A stretch of DNA of 64,000 nt, from assembly GCA_026936335.1 (NCBI GenBank), contig JAPMXV010000033.1, positions 204,548 through 268,547 on the forward strand, given 5' to 3'. The translations under genes and the position numbers were made by a program. Numbering within the stretch: the first letter of the stretch is position 1; each line of letters begins with the position of its first letter. The notes below the pieces were generated by a model. The model saw only the letters and a program-made list of their open reading frames with translations, searched no databases and had not been told where the DNA came from. Origin of the DNA: Mantamonas sphyraenae STR306. Lineage: Eukaryota > Protista > CRuMs. Below are positions 1 through 11,500 of this stretch, piece by piece.

Positions 1-1265
1 GTGTGTCCATTGGCCGACGTCAACGCACGCTGCTTCTGCCAATCCCACAACACCACGGTGTGGTTGTTGTCGTTGCCCACAGACACCAGTCGAGTCCCGT
101 CCGCATTGAAAGCCAGGCATGCCACTGCACGACTGTGCTGTCCCTCCAAACGTGCCACCTGTTCCATGCTATCCACGTCCCACACACAAATGTACGCATC
201 AGTGCGTCCCAGAGGATCCACCTGACCCGTGGCAACCAGCTTGCCCGACGGATGCAACGCCAGGCTGCAGATGTCATCGTTGTGCCCGTGGAAGAACCGT
301 TGTTCCAGTGTCTGTGTGTTCATCACCACTCCCACAGCTGCCACGTGGAACACAACCTCCTGTTCGTTCCCTGGCAGGTAGAACAGATTCCCGCGCGCGT
401 CATGTCCCCGGTAGCCCATTCTGTACACACACGCACACACGGCCGTCCACCATCCATGTGTCCTTTCGTGTCAGTTGACAATTGCCAAGTGTCCAATGCC
501 CCACCTCCTTCTTCTCCTCTCTCTTCTCTCTCCTGTTTGTGCCTTGGATGGTCCGTGTTTCTTCCCTTCACCGTCCGGACCGTTGACGATTTCGCGCGCC
601 TCAGCGTCATCGTCTTCTGGACGGCGCTGCTGCGCTGCATGCACGTACACAAAGGCCATGTACACACGGTGGGATCTACACGCATCATCTCAACGTGCTC
701 TGTGCATGTGTGCCCAACAACACGATTGTGGGGGGGGGGCGTCTGGGAAAACTCACACATGACCCAAGCGCAAACCCTCTTGCGGCGGAGACCCTGCGTT
801 GGCTGGCTCTTCATAGTCCGACCGCGGATACACCGTGGTACGACAGTGGGGATACTTGATGCCCTCCATGTGCTCGTGTTCCACGCGTGCGTGCGTGCGT
901 GCGCTCAGGGGCGCCGTTTGCGGTCGTTGTTTCCCGCGACCCGTCGTCGTCTTGCTGGAGCTGCCCTTGGGCGACATCCGCCGACCGCCACTGCTTTTGG
1001 GCGACGCCAGACTCAGGGCCATGCCACTGCTGCCACCACTGCTGCTTCCGCTGCCACTGGTTGCCAGAACGCCGCTGGTGTTGAGGGACAGTGTGCTTGT
1101 CGACGACGATGAGACGGATGACGACGCCGCTGCTGCCACCTGCAACTTCAGCTCCTCCACCTGTCCGCTCAGATGGGCCACTGCATGGGTCAACACCAAA
1201 ATCTGCTCATCCTTGCTCGCCACAACCTTTTCCAATGCTGCGAGACGCTCCTCCACCGATGACAT
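1..1265 (-). CDS. EML: Echinoderm microtubule-associated protein-like (EML) protein, 5' part: N-terminal coiled coil, HELP motif, WD40 repeats; runs off window start. Exons 1265-757 and 420-<1
   Basis: MSSVEERLAALEKVVASKDEQILVL resembles the EML trimerisation coil. Removing intron 756-421 (GTGAGT...TACAG) gives LRLGHVMGYRGHDARGNLFY (HELP motif), then QRFFHGHNDDICSLALHPSGKLVATGQ...ICVWD...LVSVGNDNNHTVVLWDW (WD40). Confidence 0.9.
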
Positions 1266-1321
1266 TGCGAGAATGGGGTGTTGTGTTTTGTTTGGCTCCA
1301 GCTGTGCACTCACACTCACTC

Positions 1322-4300
1322 CTACCTCCTGGCCACTCCTGTCTTTTTGCCCTTTCGCTTCTTCTGTCGTCCACCCTTGCCACTTGCCGTCGTCCCTCCT
1401 TCGGGTTCGTACAGGTGCTTGCTCACAGCCTCATCGAAACTCACAGACCGTGACTGATCCAACTCACTGCCCACCGGTGTTCCACTGTTGCTGCTACTGC
1501 TGCTATTGCTTCCAAGCACCCCGTCACCGCTTTGTGACGTGCTCATGGCCTCACTTGCTGCTTTGCGGCTCCTGCCACCGGCTTGCTCTGCCGACGGCGC
1601 TCCTTCCTGCGGCGGTTGCGGCTGTGCCGGTGCTTTGCGTTCCCCCGTGCCATTGTTCAGCAATGCAGAGCCACTGGCTGTGCGTTCGATGCGTGGCAAT
1701 GATGGTGTGGCGCTTGCACCGGATCCACCACCACCATCACTTCCGTTTGCTCCCGGACGCACCACCACAGAATCATCCACAGCTGCAATCTGTGTCATTG
1801 TGCTGCTCCCGCCCTCTTCAACCTTTTCCCCATCCTGTGCATCCTCTCCCACCTCATCGTGGTCGTCGTCCCCCTGTATCTGTCCCGCAGGCTGCTGTTG
1901 CTGCGGCCCCTCTGCCTCCTTGCGTTGTGGTTGCATTTTGACTCCTGTCGCCAACATCTCATCTGTGCCTTCATCTGTGGCAAACCCAAGTGTGCCTGGT
2001 GTGCCTGTGCCACTCTCGTCCACATCGCCGTCGTAATCCACCACCACCTCGTCTGCCTGATCGTCGCCTTCAGGTCCCTCACGCCCCACAGCCACGATGC
2101 GCTTCTTGCCCACCGCACGTGGCTGTCGTGCCACTGTCTTGGGACTGACCCGTTCGCTCACATGCATCCTTCCCGTCTTCAGAAACTCGCCCGTTTCGTC
2201 CTCGCTCATGTCTCCCGATGGGGTCACTCCCGACGCCTGCGTCGACACACCGGCGCGATCAAAAACCAAAACCCATGCGGCCCGTGCCACCTCCTCCCGT
2301 TCCACCTCCTGCCGGATGGTTGTTGTGTGGATGGTTGGGCATGGCTGGCAGAGTGTAGCCGCTGTCCGAATGGGGCTCGTCGCTCCCGGCTGTCGGCTCT
2401 CCAATCATCAGCTTGCGTGCCTCCTCTTCCATCTCTGTGCTGGGCACAGAGTCCAACCCTCGCGACTGGCGGAAGGTGACGTTTTCACGCATGTTGTGCC
2501 TGCGCTTGCGCTGTTGCAGGTCCCTGTTCACCACCGGCCTGAATGTGGGGTTGTTCACAGGCCTGGGCATCACCGGAATCGGCGCCGCCACCTTGTGCTC
2601 ATGTGGCAGTGGACGGTTGCACGCCAGACACACCTGCTGGAACGACTTGGAGCTGCGTTTCTTGGCGCTGCCGTACGTGCTGTCCCCGTCGTCGTCGTCG
2701 TCGTCCCCCTTCAGCGCACCTGCTCCGTGCATCATCAGATTGGACTGAAGGTTCGTAAAGTACATCTGCGTGGTTTCCAGATCCTCCTGCAGCAGGTCCA
2801 GATCCGAAGCCACCCGGTCTTCCAGGTCGCCCGTCCGTTCCTTGACAAATGCCTTCATCTTTTCCAGCTTGTCGTCCACATACTCACGCGACGGCTTCAG
2901 TGCCAGCGCCTTTGCGTCGGCCTTGGTGTTGATCTCGTGGTAAAACTCGGTGCGATCCAACTTGGTCAGGGTCAGCGTGGCAATCTGCTTTGCGTGACGC
3001 ACCACAAGGTCACGCAGGTACTTGAACGCCGTCGTCGTTTCCTCCATGCTCAATGGGTCCACACCCTCGGGCACTGCAGAGTGCAGACCAAACTTGCCAC
3101 CGGCAGCACCGGTGAGAGACGGTGATGATTGCAACCCACCACCACCACCACCACCCTGCTGCTGCTGTTGTTGCTGGCCACCACCACCGCCACCGCCACC
3201 CACGTGGCCACCAGAGGTGAGCAGCTCCAGCGTCTGACGCAAGCCGCTGACTTCCTGTGCCAGGCGTTGGTTGTCGCGGAAGAGCGTGTTGAGGTGTGCC
3301 TCCTGCCTGTTCATCTGGGCCATGGTTGTGTTGACGTTGTTGGCCATGGGACCCCATGCCATGGCAATGGATGTCAAATCCACGTCGGGCAAGTCCTCCT
3401 CTTCACCCGTCATCAGTCCGTTGCTCTCGCGCAGGTTGCGCATGCCCACGCGCACGTCGTCAATCTCCTCTTGCAGCTTCAGCACCGAGTTGAACAACAC
3501 CTGGTTGCGCTCTTGGTCGTCGTTCACAGAACGTGTGCGTGTCAACGGCGATGTGCGATCCAGGTCGGCAAACGGACTGTTGCGTCCGGCGCCGCTTGCG
3601 CTTCCTCCACGGCTGCCCGGACGCGGTGTGCGACGGCTGCTTGTGGTGCTGCCTCTGCTCGACGGACGTCCACTGGCGCCACCGACGCCTCCTCCTCCAC
3701 GCTCGTCAACCTCTTCAATCACAGACTGCGACAGATTGGACAGCGAACGTTCCTTGCGTCGTGATCCCGGGCGGTTGCTACCACCGCTGCTGGATTCGGG
3801 CCGTGCCGACGTCGTCACCTGCTTGTTCAGATCCAACATCTGCTTGCGCACTTCCTTGATGGCCTTGACCACACGGTCGACCCTATCCCACGTCTTGGTC
3901 ATCTCCTCACGCATGTCCACCACGGTCTGGTGATCGTTGACCACAATCGAGCGCAGGTTGGACGTCGACAGCACATGTGCCGTCGTCTCCTTGATGTATG
4001 TCTTGATCTCACTCTTGCTCATGCTCAGGGCCTCACGCGACAATCCGCTGCTGCCGCCACTCTGTGAAGGCCCTGTCGAGCGCGAATCCTGCGACGCCCC
4101 CGACGGCGATGTCGATCGCCTCTTGCTGTTCACCGCAGAGTCACCCAACACTTCCAACAACTCGGCCGCACTGGGACGTCGTTGCAATGCCAGCCGCTCC
4201 CTGCGTGCTGCCATGCGGTCAAGATTCGACTGCGTGGGAGTTCCTCCCATGCCGCCACCAGACGTCCCTCCTTCTTCTCCTCCTTCCACTCCACTGGTCG

Positions 4301-5906
4301 GCGATCCAAGCGTCTTTGCCACAGGCACCGAAGACGCCCATCCACTCGGCGGGCCTGTGCGTGGCGAGCTGGCACCCATCGACTGTCCACGTTCACGTTC
4401 GGTTTGCTGCTGCTGCTGTGTGCTCGTCATCGATGTGTCCACCTGCAGAGGGTGCTGCGTTTGTTGCTGTTCTCCAGAGGCATCGGTGGCGCTTGCAACT
4501 TCGGCAGCCGCCTGTGCCTCGGCTTCACCGGCTGCCGTTGCTGCTGCTGCTGCTGCCCTTGCTTCTGCTTCGTCATCTGCACGTGTGTGCATGCGTGTGC
4601 CCGTGACAGGTCCCACACGTTCGCCCCCTTCGTCGCTTTCTTCGCCCTCCTGGCTGCCCTGGTCGCTGTTGTTGCTGCCTTCGTTGTCGTTGTCGTCGTC
4701 GTCGTCTCGTGCTCGAGCCCCTCCTCCAGGCACAGCCTCGTCACCGGGCGCTGCCACGTGCTGCTGAGCATCCATGTCTGCATCTCCCTGTGTGCTACTG
4801 TCGTGTGCACCCATCAGCACAGGTGCGCTGTTGGTGGAGTGCAACTGCGGCACGCTTGCTTTGCGGTCGCCCTTTTTCGTCAGCCACACGTCCACTGTGT
4901 TGCGTTTGCGGATCTGATCACGCACGTTGTCGTTGCGATCCAGCATGTTGACTGTCTTTTCCAAATCGTAGATCTTGTCCTGCATCTCGCGCACTCGCTC
5001 CACGCCTGCGAAATTCAGGCTCACGTTTTCAATCGACTGCGCCGTACGCTTCTCCGCCAGCGCCAACGACTCTTTCAACTCCTCCACCTCCTCCTCCATC
5101 TTGAGCACCTGTGTGGAGGTGCGTTGTGCAGACGCAAAGTACACCTCCTGGTCGGCTTCCAGCTGCTCCATCTTCTCGGCGTGCTCGTTCAGCTGCGCCT
5201 GGTACACGTCTTCGTTCTCCATCTTCTTCTTTTCAATCTTAAAGTGTTCCACCTCCTTTTCCACTGCCTCCACACGGTGCACCACGTCACTCAGCATGCC
5301 CATCAGCTTGACTTGCTTCTGCTTCTGCACCAACACGGTCCTCTCCAGGTCTTCCACCTCCCGTTCCCGCTTGCTCTTCTCCTCCTTCACTGCCTCTTCC
5401 AATGCCTCCACACGTGACTCCTGGTCCCCCATCGATTCCACCATCTGCTGCAGAAACACCGTCAGGTTGGAGAAATTCAACTGCAGCAGATTGTTCAGCA
5501 GCCGATCCCCGCCTCCACGCATGCTGGTGCTGCCGCGCAGACCACGTCGTCCGTTGCCACTGTCACTGCCTCCTCCGTTCTGCCGTTCGCGCCCGTCGTC
5601 GCTGTCGCTGTCGCCGGGTGAGCCCGAGCCCTCTGCCGAGCTCGAAATTTGTACGTTGCCCCCGTCGAGTTTGTACTCGTCCTCAGGGCCGTCTGTGCTG
5701 CCTTCAGATTGCGTGCGCGAGCTCAGCGCCTGCGCAGAGGATGCCTGTGTGTGCGGCGACCCTGCAAGGCCACCCTCCGATGTCTTGTCGCCGGCACGGG
5801 TTACCGACGACTTGCTGCGCCTCATGCTCTTTTTGGTCGTTCCGGGCGAGCCCAGATGACGCACCTGCTGCTTCTTGGCCGATTCCAACAACGCACGGTC
5901 ACTCAT
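1322..5906 (-). CDS. Large coiled-coil/low-complexity protein with QRICH2/C16orf96 (DUF4795)-like C-terminal region; ORF 5906-2259 probably continues into ORF 2260-1322 by a +1 shift (~1527 aa)
   Basis: 1215-aa ORF with heptad coils, KADAKALALKPSREYVDDKL and CLACNRP motifs. Removing one T from the T5 run at 2261-2265 joins GFGF to DRAGVSTQ... and adds 312 aa of similar composition. Confidence 0.6.
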
Positions 5907-5996
5907 TGCAACGTGTGGAAATGTGCCTTGCGTGCTGTGGTCTCGGAAAAACGGTGCTTTTTTTTGTTGGGTGGGATTGGTGGAGCAGCCCTTCGC

Positions 5997-8430
5997 CTAG
6001 CAGCACACCTTGCCATGCTTCTGCTTGTGGTCGCGCATGAGCTTGATGATGACAATGAGAACGACGAGACCGACGGCAGCGAGAATGGGCACGCCATAAC
6101 GTTCCCAGTCGAGGAGAGACTGGGCATTGGGGTCGACAATGGGGTTCTCGGGGTTGTCGGCTGTGATTTCCGTGCCATGCACAATCAACTCCCACGAAGT
6201 GAACACTCCAGAGATGCCCGACTTGAGATCACGGACCTGAAGGGTGTACGAACCGCGCGAACTTTCGCCCCAATGACGCAGCGTCTTGAAGGACCATCCG
6301 TTGTAGTTTGCGTTTGTATCTGCATGTGGGGTGGCCAGAATGGATTCGACTTCAAACTCGGTGCCCCTGTTCTTGAACAAACGGATGTCCAGGTGGCCTC
6401 GCGACGGGTGGAGAATGTTCACCTTGACCTCCACGTACTCTGTGATGATGTTGTCCTTGTCTTGGACAGCGTATTCGGCAGTCACTCCGTTGCTTCCGTC
6501 GTTGTCCGGGATGAACGAGTTGACAATGTTGGACCCCGATGTCTGTGTGCGGTGTGAGGGGTGTGCGTGAGCATTGTGTGTGTGTGTGTGTCTGATCTTC
6601 TGGGGTCTGTGTGGTCACTGTGTGATTGATCACTCACCTTGTTGACAAGAGCAGGCTTGAGTTTCCAGTCCTTTGCCTTCTTGATGGCTTCGGCCGTGTC
6701 GATGAGGCCAAAGCCGTAAATGTGCGAGTGGCGCCATCCGACAGGGTTGGTCTTCCAGTCGCTGTTGTCGTTGTCAACCTTCTTGGAGGAGACAGAAAGG
6801 ATGTGTTGTACGTCACGATAGGTGAGGGCATTGTTGGACTGCAGCAAGAGGGCCATCGTGCCTGCAGCAATGCCTGTCGCAGCACTGGTCCCACCAAATC
6901 CAGACAAGCACGTGCCTCCCACGTACCCGGCCGAACCAGACCGATCGGTGGTCAGAATGCCGGCGGAGTACTGGTCACCCTTGGACGGAGCCACCACAAA
7001 CATGGCAGCACACGGCTCGGAGCCAACAGAGGTTCCCGATGCCTGCTTGCCATCCATGTCGACAGCACCCACGGCAATGGTGTGGATGCTGTTTGCATAG
7101 CCATCGTAGTTGCAGTTGTCATTGTTGGGCAAGCCATTGCCGGCAGCAAAGAGGATGACGGCCCCCTTTCCTCCGCGACCCGTCTGCACAGCCGTCTTGA
7201 GGGCATCCGAGGCCAGAGTACCCGGTCCCTGCAAGCGTTGAGCATCGTCCTTGGGACCCCAACTGTTGGAGTAGATGTCAATCTGCTGCAACTTGTGCGT
7301 GAACGCTGCGGCCTCCTGGGAGTCTGTGGTGGGCTCGGCCACCAGACGCAAACCAGCAAGGGCAGCCCGAAAGGCAGCACCGACACCGCATTCGTTGTTG
7401 TCACGTGCCAATGCACACCCTGCACAGGCCGTGCCATGGTTGTCTGTGCTTGCCACGGGGGACGGGTCGCTGTCGTCATCGTTGAAGTCGTAGCTGTTGT
7501 GGGGTGGTGGGGATGATTGAGTGAGTGAGTGAGTGAGTGAGTGAGTGAGGCACATTGGGTCACACACACACACACACACACACACACGCGTCACACGTAC
7601 CTCAGGGCGGCGTTGTAGTTGGGCTGCAGATCCGGCTGCGTGGTGTCGACGCCGTCGTCGACAATGCCAATGGTGACACCCTGACCAAGGATGTCCTGGG
7701 TCCTGTGGGCACATAAACACGCGGGTGGGGCAACACAGGTGTGAGCGTTGTGGCCATGGCTGCGTTTTTTGGGCAGTAGCCGGAAGAGACGCGGGGCAAG
7801 GGCAATGTTTGCGTGGTGGCGGCTGGCCGTGTGTGGGGGCACATACCATGCACCGAGGACGTTGACGTCAATGCCAGGGGTGCCTGAATTCTGGCCGACG
7901 TTGGAAAGGTGCCACTGGTTTGGATAGTAAGGGTCGGAGGGGACCTTGCGTTTGGAGTGGGCGCGAGCCACTTGCTGCTCGGCCCACTGCACGCCTGGGT
8001 GCTGTTCGATCGAGTGAAGCACTGTGGTGGACAGAGCATCGTATTCAGCCTGGAGGAGCGTGTGCTGCTCTTTGTCCGATGCCTGTGCGTCGCTGGGGCT
8101 GTCCTTGTTGAACGAGGCGGCCACCGAGCTCTTGCCCAACGGCTTCTCCAGCAGGAAGCGACCTTTGAGGGCGCCAACAGGCCCCAGGAAGCGGAGAGAG
8201 AGGTCGGCAGCCACCCGACGGGCAGTTGCCTCATCGTTGCAACGGATGGCAAACTGGTTGGTGGCCACACTGAGGACGCCATTGGAGTCGGTGGTGGCAA
8301 AACGAGCAAGGAGAGCCCGATCATAGGCCAACCTGGGCTGATCCGGGGCTCCAGCCACACTGCGCATGCCACACAACACACACAGCGCCATAAAGACAAG
8401 GCAAACACGAGGGAGGAGTGCACTTGTCAT
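5997..8430 (-). CDS. Kexin/furin-like proprotein convertase (S8B subtilase) with P-domain and C-terminal TM. Exons 8430-7847, 7702-7601, 7493-6638, 6542-5997
   Basis: Signal peptide; prodomain ending AHSKRK; catalytic IVDDG (Asp), NHGTACAG (His), AAGNG (oxyanion Asn), GGTSAA (Ser); SNSWGPKDD; P-domain EYVEVKVNILHPSRGHLDIRL; TM YGVPILAAVGLVVLIVII. Three GT-AG introns (7846-7703, 7600-7494, 6637-6543) restore the frame. Confidence 0.93.
7519..7587. repeat. Intronic microsatellites (GAGT)n and (CA)n
   Basis: gagtgagt... at ~7519-7548 and cacaca... at 7561-7587, inside kexin intron 2. Confidence 0.9.
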
Positions 8431-8587
8431 GGATGAATGGAGTGGTGACAGGAAAAGCGTTTGCGGCGACGGCGCCAAAAACGCAACCCACTTTGAGCCC
8501 TGCATGAGTCTGCCCTTTGCCTACGCAGTGCAGCCGACGCAGGTGCCCTCCTTTGGCATCATTTCACAGAGCCATCTGCAGCAGCGG

Positions 8588-11500
8588 ATGTCGCAGACAC
8601 GAGGACAGCCGCAGGAGGAGGAGGACGACACGTGAGTTGGCAGCCCACGTTGCTTTTTCCACGCCCCGTGGCACTTTCCGTGTGCTGGAATGCATTGAAA
8701 CCGTGTGTGGGATGCACATGTGTGCATTGCGGTTGCCATCGGATGCAGCTTGATTGTGTTTGGATGTGCTGTGTGGATTCAGAAGCGTGCAAAGGGGGCA
8801 GGGCCGTTGCGAGCGAAGGGCAGGCTCTGGGTTATCGCTCACACACACTCACACACACACACACGCGGGGCTGGGATGGTGCACATGGCTCACTCTCACA
8901 CAAATGACCATGCGGGGAACTCATTCAGGGAGAGTGAGATGGACGTGTACGAAGACGCGGCGGCGTTGGAAGCCCGGCATCCGTTTGATCTGGAACAGCA
9001 AGGCCTGCAGGCGGACCATTACGACCAGGTGGGATTCATCGAACGGGATGATTACGAGGAAGAGTGGACGGCGCAGCAGCAGGCACAGCTGTACATGGCA
9101 ACCATGGACAAGGAGCAGGAGGAGGCACGGAAATGGGCGCAACGGGACAGCCGGCTTGCCGGAACGCAGCAGACACAGGGCCAGAGTGGAGGGCAGCAGG
9201 GCAAGAAACGAGGCGGAGGGACGAAAAAGGGACAAAGAGGCGAGCAAGGAGGCACACATGGAATGGGAGCAACGATGTCGCCTTCGCGGTCGGGAGAGGA
9301 TGTGTACAAACGGCGAATGGCCAACCAACTGCTGCTGCATCCAAACTACAGTCGGACACTGCTCAAGGCGGACGAGGCGAAGGATTCGCAGGCACCGAGC
9401 GAGGCAGGATTGGAATCGACGATTTCGTCGGTGGGACCCTATCTGTCGGTGACGCAGAGTGTGGCGTTGACCCGGCAGGCACGCGAGGAACTGTTGCGTC
9501 CACACGGCGAGCTGATCCTGTCCAAGGTGCCCGCGGTGGTGAACCCATCGTTGGCGTCGTTGCGATACGACAAGTCGCAGTACCTGGAGGTGTCACGTCT
9601 GATGAACAACGAGACGGCCAAGGTGGATTCGTTGACGGTGGAGGGCACACGGCCTGTGTGGGCGCCGTCATCGACGCGGTTCGTGGTCAACACGATGCCA
9701 CGGCACTTCTATGCAAGCCAGGTGACGCAACAGGGGATTGTACAGGGCAAGGCACAGCAGCAGCAGGGGGATGGGAAGCAGCAAGGGGCAGGTGGACGGT
9801 ATGCATGGGGAGAGCACGAGCACGAAGACAGGCTTGCAGAGTTACAGGACATGTTGCACGGGGCCGGCAGCAGTGGCAGCAGCGGATGGGAGACGCCGTC
9901 GAGCATTCCGGAGATGTACGAGGACTGGAGCTTTCTGCCTGCGTCGTTCTACAAAGGTCGCGCAAGCACAGAGGAGCTGCACGACGAGCAGGCAGAGAGG
10001 CAAGTGGACCAAATCTTCAACACACTGATGCCTCCGTCGGAACGGGCCAAGGGCAAGGGCAGGCGGACGTCGTTTGAGGACGATTTGAACCCAAGCACGC
10101 ATCGGAACGAAATCTACGCGCAGTATCTGGCCACCAAAGATTCACTGAACAAGTTCCAAATGACCAAACAGCAGCAGATGGAGGCGTACATAGCGGCGCA
10201 GCGGGAGCGCATCGAAGAAGCAAGCGGAGAGGAGCGGGCAAGGTTGGCGTCGCTGTTGGCCCATGCGGAATCCAGCGACGTGGGATTGCTGGAGCGACCC
10301 TCAGCAGGCGCAGTGTCGGAGATTGTGACGGGCATTCTGGCAATGCGACGATCACCGAATGCAATGGAGATGCAGCAGCAGGGGGGCAGGGTGGATGACG
10401 CGGGTGGGTTACAGGTTGTACTGACGGGGGCCGGGGCAGAAGAGTGGATGGGCGGAGAGGAAGGCATGGACGAGGATGCGTTGGAGGCGTACCGGCGTCG
10501 GATGCAGCAACAGCAACAACAGCGACGCGCACACCATCAGTCGGGAGGGGATCTGGAAGAGGCGTTGGCGGTGTTGCAACGTGCAGCAGAGGGCAACGAG
10601 GAGGCAATGGAGCAAGCAAAGAAGCTGAAGGATTCGGCGCAGCTGCGTTGGATTTATGAACTGAGCGAAGGCAGGCTGCAAGAGGAACAGCACGGGCTGG
10701 GAGCGCCGATTGTGCGGCGGTACGGCGTGGGAGACAACGGCAGTGAGACGGCAAGCCACATGACCGGGAGCGACATGCAAATGGCGTCGTCGTTGGCAGA
10801 GAGCAGCCACCAGGGAGACTCGATTGCTGCGACACGAGCGAGCAGCCACGGGACGGCGGAGCTGGAGGAGGGTGGATCGACACGACAGCCACAGAAGCTG
10901 AGCAAACAGGTGCTTCTGTCGCGTACCATGGACGCAGGGGCAGGGACAGGGCGTGGCAAGGTGTCGCCGCAGAGGCCACGAGGTAGCGGGAAAAAGGTGC
11001 CGTACTGGCAAAAGACAGGGCAACCGGCGTTGGGCACAGGAGGTGGGACGGGAGGTGGTGGGACGAGTGTGCCCCACTCGTCGGCGTTGGCGAAACAGAG
11101 CTCGTACGGCGCGAGCTCGGGAGGAGGGGTGTCGACGGCAGGAACCGGGGGAGCACACATGGGCGAGTATGGTGACGCAGGGAGCGACATGGGCAGCGAG
11201 TCGTACGTGAGCGGGAGCATGCAGGTGAGCAACACGGTGACGGACAGTGATGCGTCACATCCGGACGGCCTGCCGAGCAAAGAGGTGCGTGACGCAGCAT
11301 ACCTGTATGCTATTGCAGGGCGGGAGCATGTGTCGACAGAGGGTCTGGGAGGCATCGAACCACCGGTGCTGGATGGCCTTGATCCGAGCGAACGTAGCAA
11401 GATTCTGAGCCAATTGATCAGCGCACGGCCGGCAGGTGCGGATGCAGGAGGAGGCAAGCAACGCGGAGGACGGGCCGGGGAAGGAGGAGGAGGCACCGAT

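Noticed and set aside
471-665. Possible small exon or ORF inside the EML intron
   Set aside because: Direct splicing of 757 to 420 already gives an intact HELP motif, and an insertion would disrupt it.
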